A DNA stretch of 64,000 nucleotides, taken from the NCBI GenBank assembly GCA_964500895.1, contig CAZCQP010000007.1, positions 829 to 64,828 of the forward strand, read 5' to 3'. The notes beneath the pieces were generated by a model, which was not told the DNA's origin, searched no databases, and worked only from the letters and a program-made list of their open reading frames with translations. Positions 25,754-35,270 of the stretch are shown one piece after another. A program made the translations under genes and the position numbers. The DNA comes from an uncultured Eubacteriales bacterium (GTDB lineage: Bacteria > Bacillota > Clostridia > Lachnospirales > JAISER01). Position 1 is the stretch's first letter, and every line of letters begins with the position of its first letter.

Positions 25754-27181
25754 ATGAAAAAACATGTCAAGCATATTGTTGCTGCTGTGTTGTGCTGTGT
25801 GATGGCGGCCGGGTTATACGGCTGTGGACAAACGGCCAGTGCACCGGCTGAACCGGCCCCGGCTGAAGAACCGGCGGCAACAGACCAAACCCAAGCCCAA
25901 GCACCCCAAGCGGACATAGGCACGTTGCAAGGCTGGGGGGACGCTGTGAAAGCCACATCCCAGGGCAAGCAAATTACCGTGGCCATGGCTGCCCACCCTT
26001 CCACAGAAGCTTTCAGAAAAATGGCCGATGAGTTTTCCGCATTAACCGGCATTACCGTTGTGTGGGATGTGGTGGAAGAAACCAACTTAAAAAACAAGCA
26101 ACTGTTGGATGCACAAGGGGCCGGCAGCTATGACGTGTTTATGGTAGACGCCTTCTGGATGAGCGAATATGCTTCTAAAGATGTGCTGGTACCCATCGAA
26201 ACTTATGCCAACGACCCAGCCAAAACTCCGGCCTGGTTTGATTACGAAGACATTATGCCGGCTTACAGAAACGGAATTGCCGGTGCCAACGGGGTGAACT
26301 ACGGCATTCCAACAGCCGGTGAAACCCGGTTTATTGCGTATAGGACAGACTTGTTTGAAAAATATGAAAAAGAACCGCCCAAAACCATGGAAGAGTACTT
26401 AGCCCTTGCTCAATTCTTTAACGGCAAGGAAGACGGCCTTTATGGGGCATCCATGCGGGCACAGCGGGGCATTCACTTTGCTTCCGGGTGGATGAGTATG
26501 ATGTACAACTTTGGCGGCGGTTTTGTGGACCAAACCACCATTGGCACAGACAAAGTAGTGGCCACCGCCAATACCCCAGAAACCGTTGCATCCCTGCAAT
26601 TTTTTGTAGACCTGTTAAAATGTGCACCTCCAGACGTTGGTACATACACCCATGAAGAAGCGCTGGGTGCTTTCATTTCTGGTAAAACCGCCATGTGGCT
26701 GGATGCCACCGCTTTGGCTAACCAAATCACAGACCCCAAATCCTCCACCGTGGCAGATAAAGTGGCCTTTGTGCCCACGCCCACCGGTCCGGCTGGTGAC
26801 GGCGCTGCTTTAGCAGGCTGGAACCTGGGTATTTCCAATAAATCCGCCAATAAGGACGAAGCTTGGGCATTCATTTGCTTTATGGCCAGCAAAGAAAAAT
26901 CTATAGACTATGTGAAAAATGGCGGTGTGGCCACCAGAAGCTCTGTATTTGAAAATGCAGAATTGGCTGCATTAAATCCATCATTCCCGGCTCAAAAAGA
27001 AGCACTTATTGCCGCTAATGGGCTGGTGGAAAAAGGATTATCCTGGATTCCACAACATGACCAAATAAACCAGATTCTTGAAGTTGCCGGGGCATACGGC
27101 AGTGCGGCGCTGGCCGGTGACATTTCCGTAGAAGATGCATGTAACAACACCCAGAAAGATATTGAAGATTTAATTCAATGA
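25754..27181 (+). CDS. Sugar ABC transporter substrate-binding lipoprotein (family 1 SBP)
   Basis: 475 aa, SD AAGGAG, lipobox LYGCGQ followed by a Pro/Ala/Glu/Gln-rich linker. The family-1 extracellular solute-binding pattern is present. Confidence 0.85.
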   Translation: MKKHVKHIVAAVLCCVMAAGLYGCGQTASAPAEPAPAEEPAATDQTQAQAPQADIGTLQGWGDAVKATSQGKQITVAMAAHPSTEAFRKMADEFSALTGITVVWDVVEETNLKNKQLLDAQGAGSYDVFMVDAFWMSEYASKDVLVPIETYANDPAKTPAWFDYEDIMPAYRNGIAGANGVNYGIPTAGETRFIAYRTDLFEKYEKEPPKTMEEYLALAQFFNGKEDGLYGASMRAQRGIHFASGWMSMMYNFGGGFVDQTTIGTDKVVATANTPETVASLQFFVDLLKCAPPDVGTYTHEEALGAFISGKTAMWLDATALANQITDPKSSTVADKVAFVPTPTGPAGDGAALAGWNLGISNKSANKDEAWAFICFMASKEKSIDYVKNGGVATRSSVFENAELAALNPSFPAQKEALIAANGLVEKGLSWIPQHDQINQILEVAGAYGSAALAGDISVEDACNNTQKDIEDLIQ

Positions 27182-27273
27182 TATGTTCTAGAACGTGTTT
27201 TAAGTTCGTTTGAACGGTTTCCCTATCAAAACATTGGTTAAAACCCATTGGTAATGAATTTTCAAACACTGCC

Positions 27274-27309
27274 AAGTATAGTGGAACGGACATTCGTTCC
27301 ACTATACTT
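27274..27309 (+). promoter_or_regulatory. Intra-operon stem-loop between the SBP and permease genes
   Basis: AAGTATAGTGGAACG (27274-27288) pairs with CGTTCCACTATACTT (27295-27309), giving a perfect 15-bp stem with no clear U-tract. Likely an mRNA stabiliser or attenuator. Confidence 0.5.
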
Positions 27310-27345
27310 ATATTACAGCATCAGTCATTAAAGGAGCTACTGTGC

Positions 27346-28236
27346 ATGGACATGTTAAAGTCATACTTTAAGCACAACCCGCACATTAAGTTTATAGCCC
27401 CAGCCATGACGGCCATGGTGGTCATGTCCATCGTGCCTACGCTGTTTCTGTTGGTTATCAGCATAACCAATTATCAGCTGGGCTGGAAATTTTCCCGGGC
27501 AAAATTTGTTGGCATTAACAATTTTATTAGGCTGTTTTCCGGGGCAGACCCAGACTTCTGGCATTCCGTATGGATTAGCCTAGCTTTTATGGTGTTAGCC
27601 ACCGGCATTGAAATGCTACTGGGTTTTGCTTTGGCCATGCTTCTGAACTCCATGGAGTTTAAGCTAAAAGGCCTGGTGATGGGTATTTTAATCATTCCCT
27701 TAGCCATGACACCTTCCATAGCGGCGCAAATGTGGAAGCTTATATATAACTCGGAATATGGCATTCTAAATTACTACTTGCAGCTTCTTTTTCATGTGAA
27801 AGTGACGTGGTTGTCCAGCGGAATGGCATTTTGGTCAGTGCTGTTGGTAGACATTTGGCAGTTTACCCCTTTTGTTACCCTCATCATTTATGCCGGGCTG
27901 CGGTCTATGCCCACCGAACCTTATGAATCTGCTGCCATGGACGGGGCTAACGCCTGGCAAACACTCACCATGATTACCTTGCCCATGATGCGTAAGCTGC
28001 TGTTCTTGGCGCTGCTCTTTAGGGCTATAGATTCCCTAAAGCTGTTTGATACGGCGTTTGTATTAACCCAAGGGGGCCCCGGCAATGCCACAGAGTTTTT
28101 AAGCCTGCATGTGTACCGCATGGCTAATGCCCAAAACGGGCTTATAGGCCGGGCAGCGGCCATTGCCATTGTGTTGCTGGTGATAGTGACCATTGTAAGC
28201 CGTTACTTAATTAAACAGCAGAGGAAGGAGGCATAG
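27346..28236 (+). CDS. Sugar ABC transporter permease (MalF/UgpA-like)
   Basis: 296 aa with 6 TM helices and the EAA loop ESAAMDGANAWQTLTMITLPMM. Confidence 0.9.
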   Translation: MDMLKSYFKHNPHIKFIAPAMTAMVVMSIVPTLFLLVISITNYQLGWKFSRAKFVGINNFIRLFSGADPDFWHSVWISLAFMVLATGIEMLLGFALAMLLNSMEFKLKGLVMGILIIPLAMTPSIAAQMWKLIYNSEYGILNYYLQLLFHVKVTWLSSGMAFWSVLLVDIWQFTPFVTLIIYAGLRSMPTEPYESAAMDGANAWQTLTMITLPMMRKLLFLALLFRAIDSLKLFDTAFVLTQGGPGNATEFLSLHVYRMANAQNGLIGRAAAIAIVLLVIVTIVSRYLIKQQRKEA

Positions 28237-28239
28237 CCC

Positions 28240-29070
28240 GTGAACAGAAGCACAAGGAAAACCATAATTAACATAATCAAAGGGTTAATCATCGTTTGCG
28301 TATGCTTTTACATACTCTTCCCCTTTCTCTGGATGGTGATGGTAAGCCTAAGAAACCGGGTGGATATTTTTAACCCAGGCAACTTATTGGTGGCTCCTAT
28401 TTTAGACAATTACCGGACGATTGTTAAGGAGAACAACATACTGTCCTATTTCTACAACAGCTTTATGGTGGTGGTTTTCACCACACTGGTTTCTCTGGTT
28501 ATTGGCAGTTTTGCCGCCTATGGCTTTGCCCGATACGAATGGAAACAAAAAGAAGACAGAGCCTTCTTTGCATTAAGCCAGAAATTTTTGCCCGCCATGG
28601 CGGTGGTTATTCCTTATTTTTTAATGGCCGCTTTTTTCAAGCTTTTGGATACCCGGTTGGTGCTTGTCATTTGTTACACCACCTTCAACATCCCCTTCAC
28701 CATCTGGATGATGCGGGGATTTATTGAGGAGTTGCCTCGGGAACTGGAAGATTCCGCCTTTGTGGACGGCTGCACACGGCTGCAAACCATCTATAAAATT
28801 ATTCTGCCATTGGTGGCACCCGGCATGGTGGCCACGGCCATCTTTTGTATCATTAATTCCTGGAACGAGTTTGTATTTGCAAACTTTTTAACCAGTATCA
28901 ACAGCAAAACCATTCCCACCTCTGTGATGATGTACTTGTCTGTGTCTGGGGTAAAGTGGGGAGAAATGTCCGCCACAGGGGTGATGGCCTCTATCCCTGT
29001 TTTGGTTTTTGCCATTGCAGTACAAAAACATATGATTAGGGGCTTGACTTTTGGGGCGGTTAAGGGTTAA
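28240..29070 (+). CDS. Sugar ABC transporter permease (MalG/UgpE-like)
   Basis: 276 aa, GTG start after GGAAGGAGG, with the EAA loop EDSAFVDGCTRLQTIYKIILPL. Confidence 0.9.
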   Translation: MNRSTRKTIINIIKGLIIVCVCFYILFPFLWMVMVSLRNRVDIFNPGNLLVAPILDNYRTIVKENNILSYFYNSFMVVVFTTLVSLVIGSFAAYGFARYEWKQKEDRAFFALSQKFLPAMAVVIPYFLMAAFFKLLDTRLVLVICYTTFNIPFTIWMMRGFIEELPRELEDSAFVDGCTRLQTIYKIILPLVAPGMVATAIFCIINSWNEFVFANFLTSINSKTIPTSVMMYLSVSGVKWGEMSATGVMASIPVLVFAIAVQKHMIRGLTFGAVKG

Positions 29071-29096
29071 CTATATTATATAAAGCAGGTGACAAT

Positions 29097-30134
29097 ATGA
29101 CTTCAAAATTGAAAATGGCCATTGTTGGCGCAGGCATTTGGGGCGAGAACCACGCAAAAATTTATAAGGAACACCCTTTTGTGGAAGTGGTAGGCGTTTG
29201 TGACATGCATATGGACAAAGCCCAGCAAATTGTAGATAAACTGCAAGTGGGCAAAGCCTATGACAGCTATCACAACATGTTTGAAACCTGCGGCTGTGAT
29301 GCTGTAGCCATTGTAACGCCGGATTTTGCCCACGGGGACATTGCCGTGGCGGCTGCGGAACAGAAGAAACATATCCTCATTGAAAAACCGCTGGCCACCA
29401 CCCATGAAGACGTGCACCGCATTGTGGAAGCGGTGACCAAAAACAACGTGCGGGCCATGGTGGATTTACATAACCGCTGGAGCCCTCCTTTCAATGCGGC
29501 CTATCACGCTGTGCAGCGTGGGGAACTGGGGGATGTGTATAGCGCTTACATGCGTTTGAATGACACCAAGTGGGTGGCCACAGACTTTATTCCATGGGCA
29601 GCCAAATCCTCTATCTTGTGGTTTTTAGGCAGCCACAGCCTGGATACGTTGCGCTGGTTTTTTAATGACGAAGTGGCCCGTGTATATAGTGTCAGCCGGG
29701 AAGGCATATTAAAAGGGATGGGCGTGGATACAGTCGATGAATATTTGACCACCATTGAATTTAGAAATGGCGGGGTGGCTCAAATGGAAAACGGCTGGAT
29801 AACACCCAACGCCAACCCTTGTGTGAATGACATTAAGTTTAATGTGCTGGGTACAAAGGGCATGATTGCCATTGATGCCAGCAACCATAACTTAATTCAG
29901 CAATATACCGACAGCACTGTAACGACGCCGGATGTTCTGGTTCAAAACACCATTTTCGGCAAAGCCAAAGGGTTTGCCTTTGAAAGCATTCGTGGTTTTG
30001 TGGATTGCCTATTGACCGGTGAAGCTTTTCCGGTTAGTCTGTATGATGCGGCCAATACGTCACTGGCTATTTTGGCCATTATGGAGTCTGCGCAAAGCAG
30101 AATGCCTGTTGAAGTTAAAAACTTGTATGAATGA
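29097..30134 (+). CDS. Gfo/Idh/MocA-family NAD(P)-dependent oxidoreductase
   Basis: 345 aa with an N-terminal Rossmann motif (MAIVGAGIWGENHA) and the EKP motif (LIEKPLA). Confidence 0.85.
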   Translation: MTSKLKMAIVGAGIWGENHAKIYKEHPFVEVVGVCDMHMDKAQQIVDKLQVGKAYDSYHNMFETCGCDAVAIVTPDFAHGDIAVAAAEQKKHILIEKPLATTHEDVHRIVEAVTKNNVRAMVDLHNRWSPPFNAAYHAVQRGELGDVYSAYMRLNDTKWVATDFIPWAAKSSILWFLGSHSLDTLRWFFNDEVARVYSVSREGILKGMGVDTVDEYLTTIEFRNGGVAQMENGWITPNANPCVNDIKFNVLGTKGMIAIDASNHNLIQQYTDSTVTTPDVLVQNTIFGKAKGFAFESIRGFVDCLLTGEAFPVSLYDAANTSLAILAIMESAQSRMPVEVKNLYE

Positions 30135-30151
30135 TTGGAAGGGATGACATC

Positions 30152-31537
30152 ATGATGCGATTTGGCGTTCAAGTTGATGTGAAAAATGTGCCCCCGCTGG
30201 ACGGGGGCTTTGTACCGCTGGCAAAATTTAATGCTGCGTTTTTGGCCACGGCTAAAAAGCCCATTGTTATTGCAGTGGAGCGTTCAGGAGGGCTGGTTTC
30301 TGTTTTTCCAACCCATATTCATGGGACAAAGGAAATGGAAGCAGCGGACAAGTTTTATGTAGAGCGTACAGTAAAATTTTTGCTGTGGGCCAGAGGTGGC
30401 GCAAAAGTGATGCTGTGCGGCGATGAAGCCATGGCTCAATATTTGTCGGAGGTGTATGCTCCCCAAGGCAAGCGGGCCTTTGACTACAACTTTATGTCCA
30501 AAATTTTTGAGCGCTCCTTTGAAGTGGTGTACTTACCTTTAGAGGATGCCCCGGAAGCAAAGGAAAACCCGCAAGCCATTGGCCGCCATCTGGAAGGCTG
30601 CCGCATTGGTTTTGATGCCGGTGGCAGCGACCGAAAGGTTTCTGCTGTGGTGGACGGTGTGCCGGTTTACAGCGAAGAAGTGGTATGGTTCCCTAAAATT
30701 ACGGAAGACCCGGAATACCATTATGCAGGCATTGTGGAAGCTTTTAAAACAGCTGCCTCCAAAATGGAGCGGGTGGATGCCATTGGGGTCAGTTCGGCAG
30801 GCATTTACATTGATAACCGCACCATGGCCGCTTCATTGTTTATAAAAGTACCTGAGCCTTTATTCAGTGAAAAAGTAAAAGACATTTATATTCGTGCAGC
30901 CAAAGAAATTGGTGCAGATGTGCCTTTGTATGTGGCCAATGACGGGGATGTTACCGCATTAGCCGGTGCCATGGCGCTGGGGGAAAACGGCGTGCTGGGT
31001 ATTGCCATGGGTACCAGCCAGGCGGCAGGTTATGTGGATGCCCAAGGTAACTTAACCGGCTGGTTGAGTGAATTGGCTTTTGCCCCGGTAGATGGCCAAG
31101 AAAATGCCCACTACGATGATTGGGCAGGCGATATTGGTTGTGGGGTGCAGTACTTCTCCCAGGACGCAGTGATTCGGTTGGCACCTTCTGTGGGCATTAC
31201 GCTGGATGCTGGGTTGTCCCCAGCAGAAAAATTAAAGGTTGTGCAGGAGGCCATGGAGGCCGATCATCCAGGTGCCATTCAAATCTATGAAACCATTGGA
31301 TGTTATCTGGGGCATGCCCTGGCCTATTATGCAGACTTTTATGAAATTCTTCACGTCTTATTGCTTGGACGGGTAACTTCTGGTAAAGGCGGGGATATTG
31401 TATTAAACTGCGCACGTCAAGTGCTGGAAAGCGAATACCCTGCGCTTTCTAAGCAGATGAACGTCCAACTGCCCGATGAAAAAAGCAGACGGGTGGGGCA
31501 GAGTGTGGCAGCTGCTTCGTTGCCAGAGTTAAGATAA
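30152..31537 (+). CDS. ROK-like / ASKHA-fold sugar-kinase-like protein with an extra ~150-aa N-terminal domain
   Basis: Track ORF trimmed to ATGATG (30152) after GGAAGGGA. It has the phosphate-1 motif IGFDAGGSDRK and ANDGDVTALAGA. I did not find the canonical ROK CxCGxxGC zinc motif. Confidence 0.6.
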   Translation: MMRFGVQVDVKNVPPLDGGFVPLAKFNAAFLATAKKPIVIAVERSGGLVSVFPTHIHGTKEMEAADKFYVERTVKFLLWARGGAKVMLCGDEAMAQYLSEVYAPQGKRAFDYNFMSKIFERSFEVVYLPLEDAPEAKENPQAIGRHLEGCRIGFDAGGSDRKVSAVVDGVPVYSEEVVWFPKITEDPEYHYAGIVEAFKTAASKMERVDAIGVSSAGIYIDNRTMAASLFIKVPEPLFSEKVKDIYIRAAKEIGADVPLYVANDGDVTALAGAMALGENGVLGIAMGTSQAAGYVDAQGNLTGWLSELAFAPVDGQENAHYDDWAGDIGCGVQYFSQDAVIRLAPSVGITLDAGLSPAEKLKVVQEAMEADHPGAIQIYETIGCYLGHALAYYADFYEILHVLLLGRVTSGKGGDIVLNCARQVLESEYPALSKQMNVQLPDEKSRRVGQSVAAASLPELR

Positions 31538-31543
31538 GGTTTT

Positions 31544-31565
31544 CCGTCTGCGCAAGCGCAGACGG
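31544..31565 (+). other. GC-rich hairpin immediately after the ROK-like gene
   Basis: CCGTCTGCGC-AA-GCGCAGACGG is a perfect inverted repeat. No T-tract follows it. Confidence 0.6.
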
Positions 31566-31748
31566 GTGGGCGGCCTAATGGCTATTTGCCGATGTTGCAT
31601 GTGCGCCGCCCAAATTGGCGAGAGCCGTCGCCGTCTCTTGTCTTCCGTATGGGTAAGCTGATGCGTCATGGGGAGATGGCGGCCAAGATTTATAAGTTGG
31701 GGCGGCTCAGGTTTGTCAACGGCAAGTGGCCTTATGGCCGCCCTACCG

Positions 31749-31794
31749 GGCGGGAGCCCCAGATGTGCGCATGCGCACATCTGGGGCTCCCGCC
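31749..31794. repeat. Perfect 46-bp palindrome
   Basis: GGCGGGAGCCCCAGATGTGCGCA|TGCGCACATCTGGGGCTCCCGCC, checked base by base. It lies in the convergent intergenic region. Confidence 0.95.
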
Positions 31795-31838
31795 AAAGCA
31801 AAGCGGAATGGCGTTAAAACGCCATTCCGCTTTGCTTT
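31795..31838 (-). terminator. Long hairpin overlapping the leuS stop (terminator candidate, symmetrical)
   Basis: AAAGCAAAGCGGAATGGCGTT (31795-31815) pairs with AACGCCATTCCGCTTTGCTTT (31818-31838), giving 21-bp perfect arms whose A/T-rich ends can supply a U-run in either direction. Confidence 0.6.
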
Positions 31839-34264
31839 TATCCTTTAATAACAAAATTCACAATACGTCCAGGTACATAGATTTCTTTAACAATGGTCAC
31901 ATCTTGCAAACGGCTGCCTAAGGCTTCTTTGGCTTGTGCAATAATGTCTTCCTTGCTGCTTTCTGCCTGAACGGAAATGGTGGCACGTAACTTTCCGTTC
32001 AATTGCACTGCAATGTCCACCGTATCTGTTTTCAGTTTACTTTCATCACACACCGGCCACTTAGCATCAAACACGGAAGTATTATGGCCAGTCATGGCCC
32101 AAAGTTCTTCTGCCATATGGGGTGCAAAGGGCGAAAGAAGCACAATAAGGGTTTCTAACGTCTCTTTATCCAGCCCATTTTGGGTCTTGGCAACATCTGC
32201 CAGCTTCGCAGTATACTCCATAAAACCACTAACCACCGTGTTTAGGCTCAGGTTGTCTAAGCGGATGGTGATTTCGTACACCAGCTTGTTGCGCCAATAT
32301 TCCAGTTCCTTAGTGGGCATAATGGGCTGGTCTTTGTATGCACAGATAAACTTCCAGGTGCGGTTTAAATAGCGGAAAACACCATCAATGCCGCTATCGT
32401 CCCATTCGGAATCCTGTTCGGGGGGGCCGATGAACAGCTCGTACATGCGCAAGGAGTCGCAGCCATACCGAGCCACCAGTTCATCCGGGGACACCACATT
32501 GCCCTTGGATTTACTCATTTTCATGCCGTTTTTGTTAATCATGCCCTGGTTAAACAGTTTTTGGAAGGGCTCGTCAAAGTCCACCACACCTATGTCATAC
32601 AAGAACTTGGTATAGAAACGGGCATACAACAGGTGAAGCACCGCATGTTCAATGCCGCCCACATAGTAATCCACAGGCAGCCATTTGGCCAGTGCTTCCT
32701 TGCTGGCTAGTTCCTTGTCGTTGTGCGGGTCTGCATAGCGTAGGAAATACCAAGAGGAACCCGCCCATTGGGGCATGGTGTTGGTTTCCCGTTGTGCCGG
32801 GCCGCCGCATTCCGGGCAAGTGGTGCTTACCCAATCTGTGATGGTAGCCAGGGGGGATTCCCCGGTAGAAGTAGGCAAATAGCTGTCTACCTCCGGCAAA
32901 AGCACCGGCAACTGGTCGTGAGGAACCGCCACAATACCGCATTTGTTGCAATGTACCACGGGAATGGGTTCGCCCCAATACCGCTGGCGAGAGAACACCC
33001 AGTCCCGCAGCTTATAGTTCACGGTCTTTTTGCCAAGACCCTCTTTTTCAATATAATCCATGACAATGGCTTTGGCTTCCCCGGAAGGCAAGCCGTTAAA
33101 CTGCCCGCTGTTAACCATAACCCCTTCTTCGGTGTAGGCTTCCGTCAATTCTTCCACAGGGGAATCGGCCTTTTGAATAACCTGAACGATGGGCAGGTTA
33201 AACTTGGTGGCAAACTCAAAGTCCCGTTGGTCATGGGCGGGCACGCACATGATGGCACCGGTGCCGTAGTCTGCCAATACATAGTCGGAAATCCAGATGG
33301 GGCATTTGTCCCCGCTTAAGGGGTTAATGGCATAACTGCCGGTAAACACCCCGGTTTTTTCTCTGTCGGACATACGGTCCACAGAGGATTTGGTGCTGGC
33401 GGCATACACGTAAGCTTCAATGGCTTCCTTATGGTCCGGGTTGGCTTCTGCCAGTTTGGAAACCAGGGCAGCTTCCGGTGCCAGCACCATAAAGGTAGCG
33501 CCGTACAACGTATCTGGACGGGTGGTGTAAACACGGATGGCCGTGTCTAACCCATCCACTGCGAAGTCCACTTCCGCACCGTAGCTTTTACCAATCCAGT
33601 CTGCTTGCATTTTTTTTACTTTTTCCGGCCAGTCCAGCTTATCTAAATCTTGCAGCAGCCGTTCGGCATAGGCGGTGATTTTTAACATCCATTGTCTTAA
33701 AAACTTTTTGGTTACCGTGGTACCGCAACGGTCACAAACCCCGCTGGTGGCTTCTTCGTTAGCCAGCACGCATTTGCAGCTATCGCACCAGTTTAAAGGC
33801 ATTTCTTTTTCGTAGGCCAGCCCTTTTTTAAACATTTCTGCAAAAATCCATTGGGTCCATTTGTAGTAGCTGGGGTCGGTGGTGTTAATTTCCCGGTCCC
33901 AGTCGTAAATGGCGGAAATGTCGTGGAGCTGGCGTTTGGCGTTGGCAATATTCTCAGCGGTGCTCACTTTAGGGTGGGCGCCAATTTTAATGGCGTAGTT
34001 TTCAGCAGGCAAACCAAAAGCGTCCCATCCCATGGGATGCAACACATGATAACCCTGCAAAACTTTATAGCGGCTTAATACGTCGCTTAACACATAACCC
34101 CGCCAGTGCCCCACGTGCAGCCCGCTGGCAGAAGGGTAGGGGAACATGTCCAGGCAATAAAAGGTGGGTTTGTTTTCGCCCGGCTTGTTCACCGGTTCTT
34201 TGGCCCAGTGGGCCCGCCATTTCTTTTCAATTTCAGTAAAATTGTAGTTCATCATTTCCTCCAT
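31838..34264 (-). CDS. leuS: Leucine--tRNA ligase
   Basis: 808 aa with the HIGH-type motif GLHVGHWRGY and KMSKS. The true start is probably the Met at 34252 (MNYNFTEIEKKW), since GGAGGAA sits within the first codons of the track ORF. Confidence 0.95.
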   Translation of the reverse strand: MEEMMNYNFTEIEKKWRAHWAKEPVNKPGENKPTFYCLDMFPYPSASGLHVGHWRGYVLSDVLSRYKVLQGYHVLHPMGWDAFGLPAENYAIKIGAHPKVSTAENIANAKRQLHDISAIYDWDREINTTDPSYYKWTQWIFAEMFKKGLAYEKEMPLNWCDSCKCVLANEEATSGVCDRCGTTVTKKFLRQWMLKITAYAERLLQDLDKLDWPEKVKKMQADWIGKSYGAEVDFAVDGLDTAIRVYTTRPDTLYGATFMVLAPEAALVSKLAEANPDHKEAIEAYVYAASTKSSVDRMSDREKTGVFTGSYAINPLSGDKCPIWISDYVLADYGTGAIMCVPAHDQRDFEFATKFNLPIVQVIQKADSPVEELTEAYTEEGVMVNSGQFNGLPSGEAKAIVMDYIEKEGLGKKTVNYKLRDWVFSRQRYWGEPIPVVHCNKCGIVAVPHDQLPVLLPEVDSYLPTSTGESPLATITDWVSTTCPECGGPAQRETNTMPQWAGSSWYFLRYADPHNDKELASKEALAKWLPVDYYVGGIEHAVLHLLYARFYTKFLYDIGVVDFDEPFQKLFNQGMINKNGMKMSKSKGNVVSPDELVARYGCDSLRMYELFIGPPEQDSEWDDSGIDGVFRYLNRTWKFICAYKDQPIMPTKELEYWRNKLVYEITIRLDNLSLNTVVSGFMEYTAKLADVAKTQNGLDKETLETLIVLLSPFAPHMAEELWAMTGHNTSVFDAKWPVCDESKLKTDTVDIAVQLNGKLRATISVQAESSKEDIIAQAKEALGSRLQDVTIVKEIYVPGRIVNFVIKG

Positions 34265-34297
34265 CTTTTGTAAGGAATTATATTTTAAGAAAATGTT

Positions 34298-34903
34298 TTA
34301 ACCCATTTCTCTGCGCCATTGCAGTGCTTTAGACAAAGTGACTTCATCCACATACTCCAAATCCCCGCCCACAGGCACACCGTGGGCAATGCGGGTGACT
34401 TTGATGCCCAAGGGCATGAGCAATTTGCTAATGTACATGGCTGTGGCTTCACCTTCCACATTAGGGTTGGTGGCCAATATTACCTCGGCAACGCCATCTT
34501 CTTCATTTAAACGTTGCAACAGCGCTTTGATTTTAATATCCTCCGGGCCAATGCCGTTTAAAGGGGAAATGGCCCCGTGTAACACATGATATAGCCCAAA
34601 ATAAGCGCTGGTACGCTCGTAGGCCGCCATGTCCCGGGGGTCTTCCACCACCATGATGGTGGACTGATCCCGCTTGGGGTCTGCACACAGCCTGCATACG
34701 TCATCGTCCGTTAAATTGCAGCATTTCTGGCAATAGTGAATCTTGGCCTTGGCTTCTGTGATGGCTGTGGCCAAAGCCTGTGCCTTCTCTGTGGGCAGGT
34801 TAATGATATGGAAAGCCAGCCGCTGGGCAGACTTTCCGCCAATTCCCGGCAGCTTGCCCAGTTCCTCAATCAGCCGGGTCATGGGGTTGCCGTATACATT
34901 CAT
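34298..34903 (-). CDS. recR: Recombination protein RecR
   Basis: 201 aa with the zinc finger [16 protein letters not shown] and a Toprim domain. Confidence 0.95.
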   Translation of the reverse strand: MNVYGNPMTRLIEELGKLPGIGGKSAQRLAFHIINLPTEKAQALATAITEAKAKIHYCQKCCNLTDDDVCRLCADPKRDQSTIMVVEDPRDMAAYERTSAYFGLYHVLHGAISPLNGIGPEDIKIKALLQRLNEEDGVAEVILATNPNVEGEATAMYISKLLMPLGIKVTRIAHGVPVGGDLEYVDEVTLSKALQWRREMG

Positions 34904-34915
34904 GGGCTACTCCTT

Positions 34916-35257
34916 CTAAAACATGCCGGGCAAGCCCATGCCGCCGGTAAATTTGCCCATTTCCGCATTGGTCATGTCGTCCACTTGGCGAATGGCTTCA
35001 TTCACAGCGGTTAAAATTAAATCTTGCAGCATTTCAACATCGTCCGGGTCTACCACGTCTGGGGAAAGAGTGATGGACTGCACTTCTTTTTTGCCGTTAA
35101 TCACTAAATTTACCGCACCGCCGCCGCTGGATACCTCCAACGTTTGTTCTGCCAGCCGTGCTTGGGCTTCTTCTATATTTTTCTGCATCTTTTGCGCCTG
35201 TTTCATAAGGGCGTTCATGTTCATGCCACCGGGCATTCCGCTAAAGCCTTTTGCCAT
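34916..35257 (-). CDS. ybaB: YbaB/EbfC-family nucleoid-associated protein
   Basis: Track ORF trimmed to [25 protein letters not shown]. 113 aa, in the conserved dnaX-ybaB-recR order. Confidence 0.9.
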   Translation of the reverse strand: MAKGFSGMPGGMNMNALMKQAQKMQKNIEEAQARLAEQTLEVSSGGGAVNLVINGKKEVQSITLSPDVVDPDDVEMLQDLILTAVNEAIRQVDDMTNAEMGKFTGGMGLPGMF

Positions 35258-35270
35258 TTTTACCGCTCCT

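Noticed and set aside
31529-31921. Track ORFs 31529-31801 (-, 90 aa) and 31586-31921 (+, 111 aa) as real genes.
   Set aside because: They overlap each other inside a region made of palindromes, lack SD sequences, have Arg/Pro/Gly-rich translations, and the plus-strand one runs into leuS antisense. The region is better explained as structured non-coding DNA.
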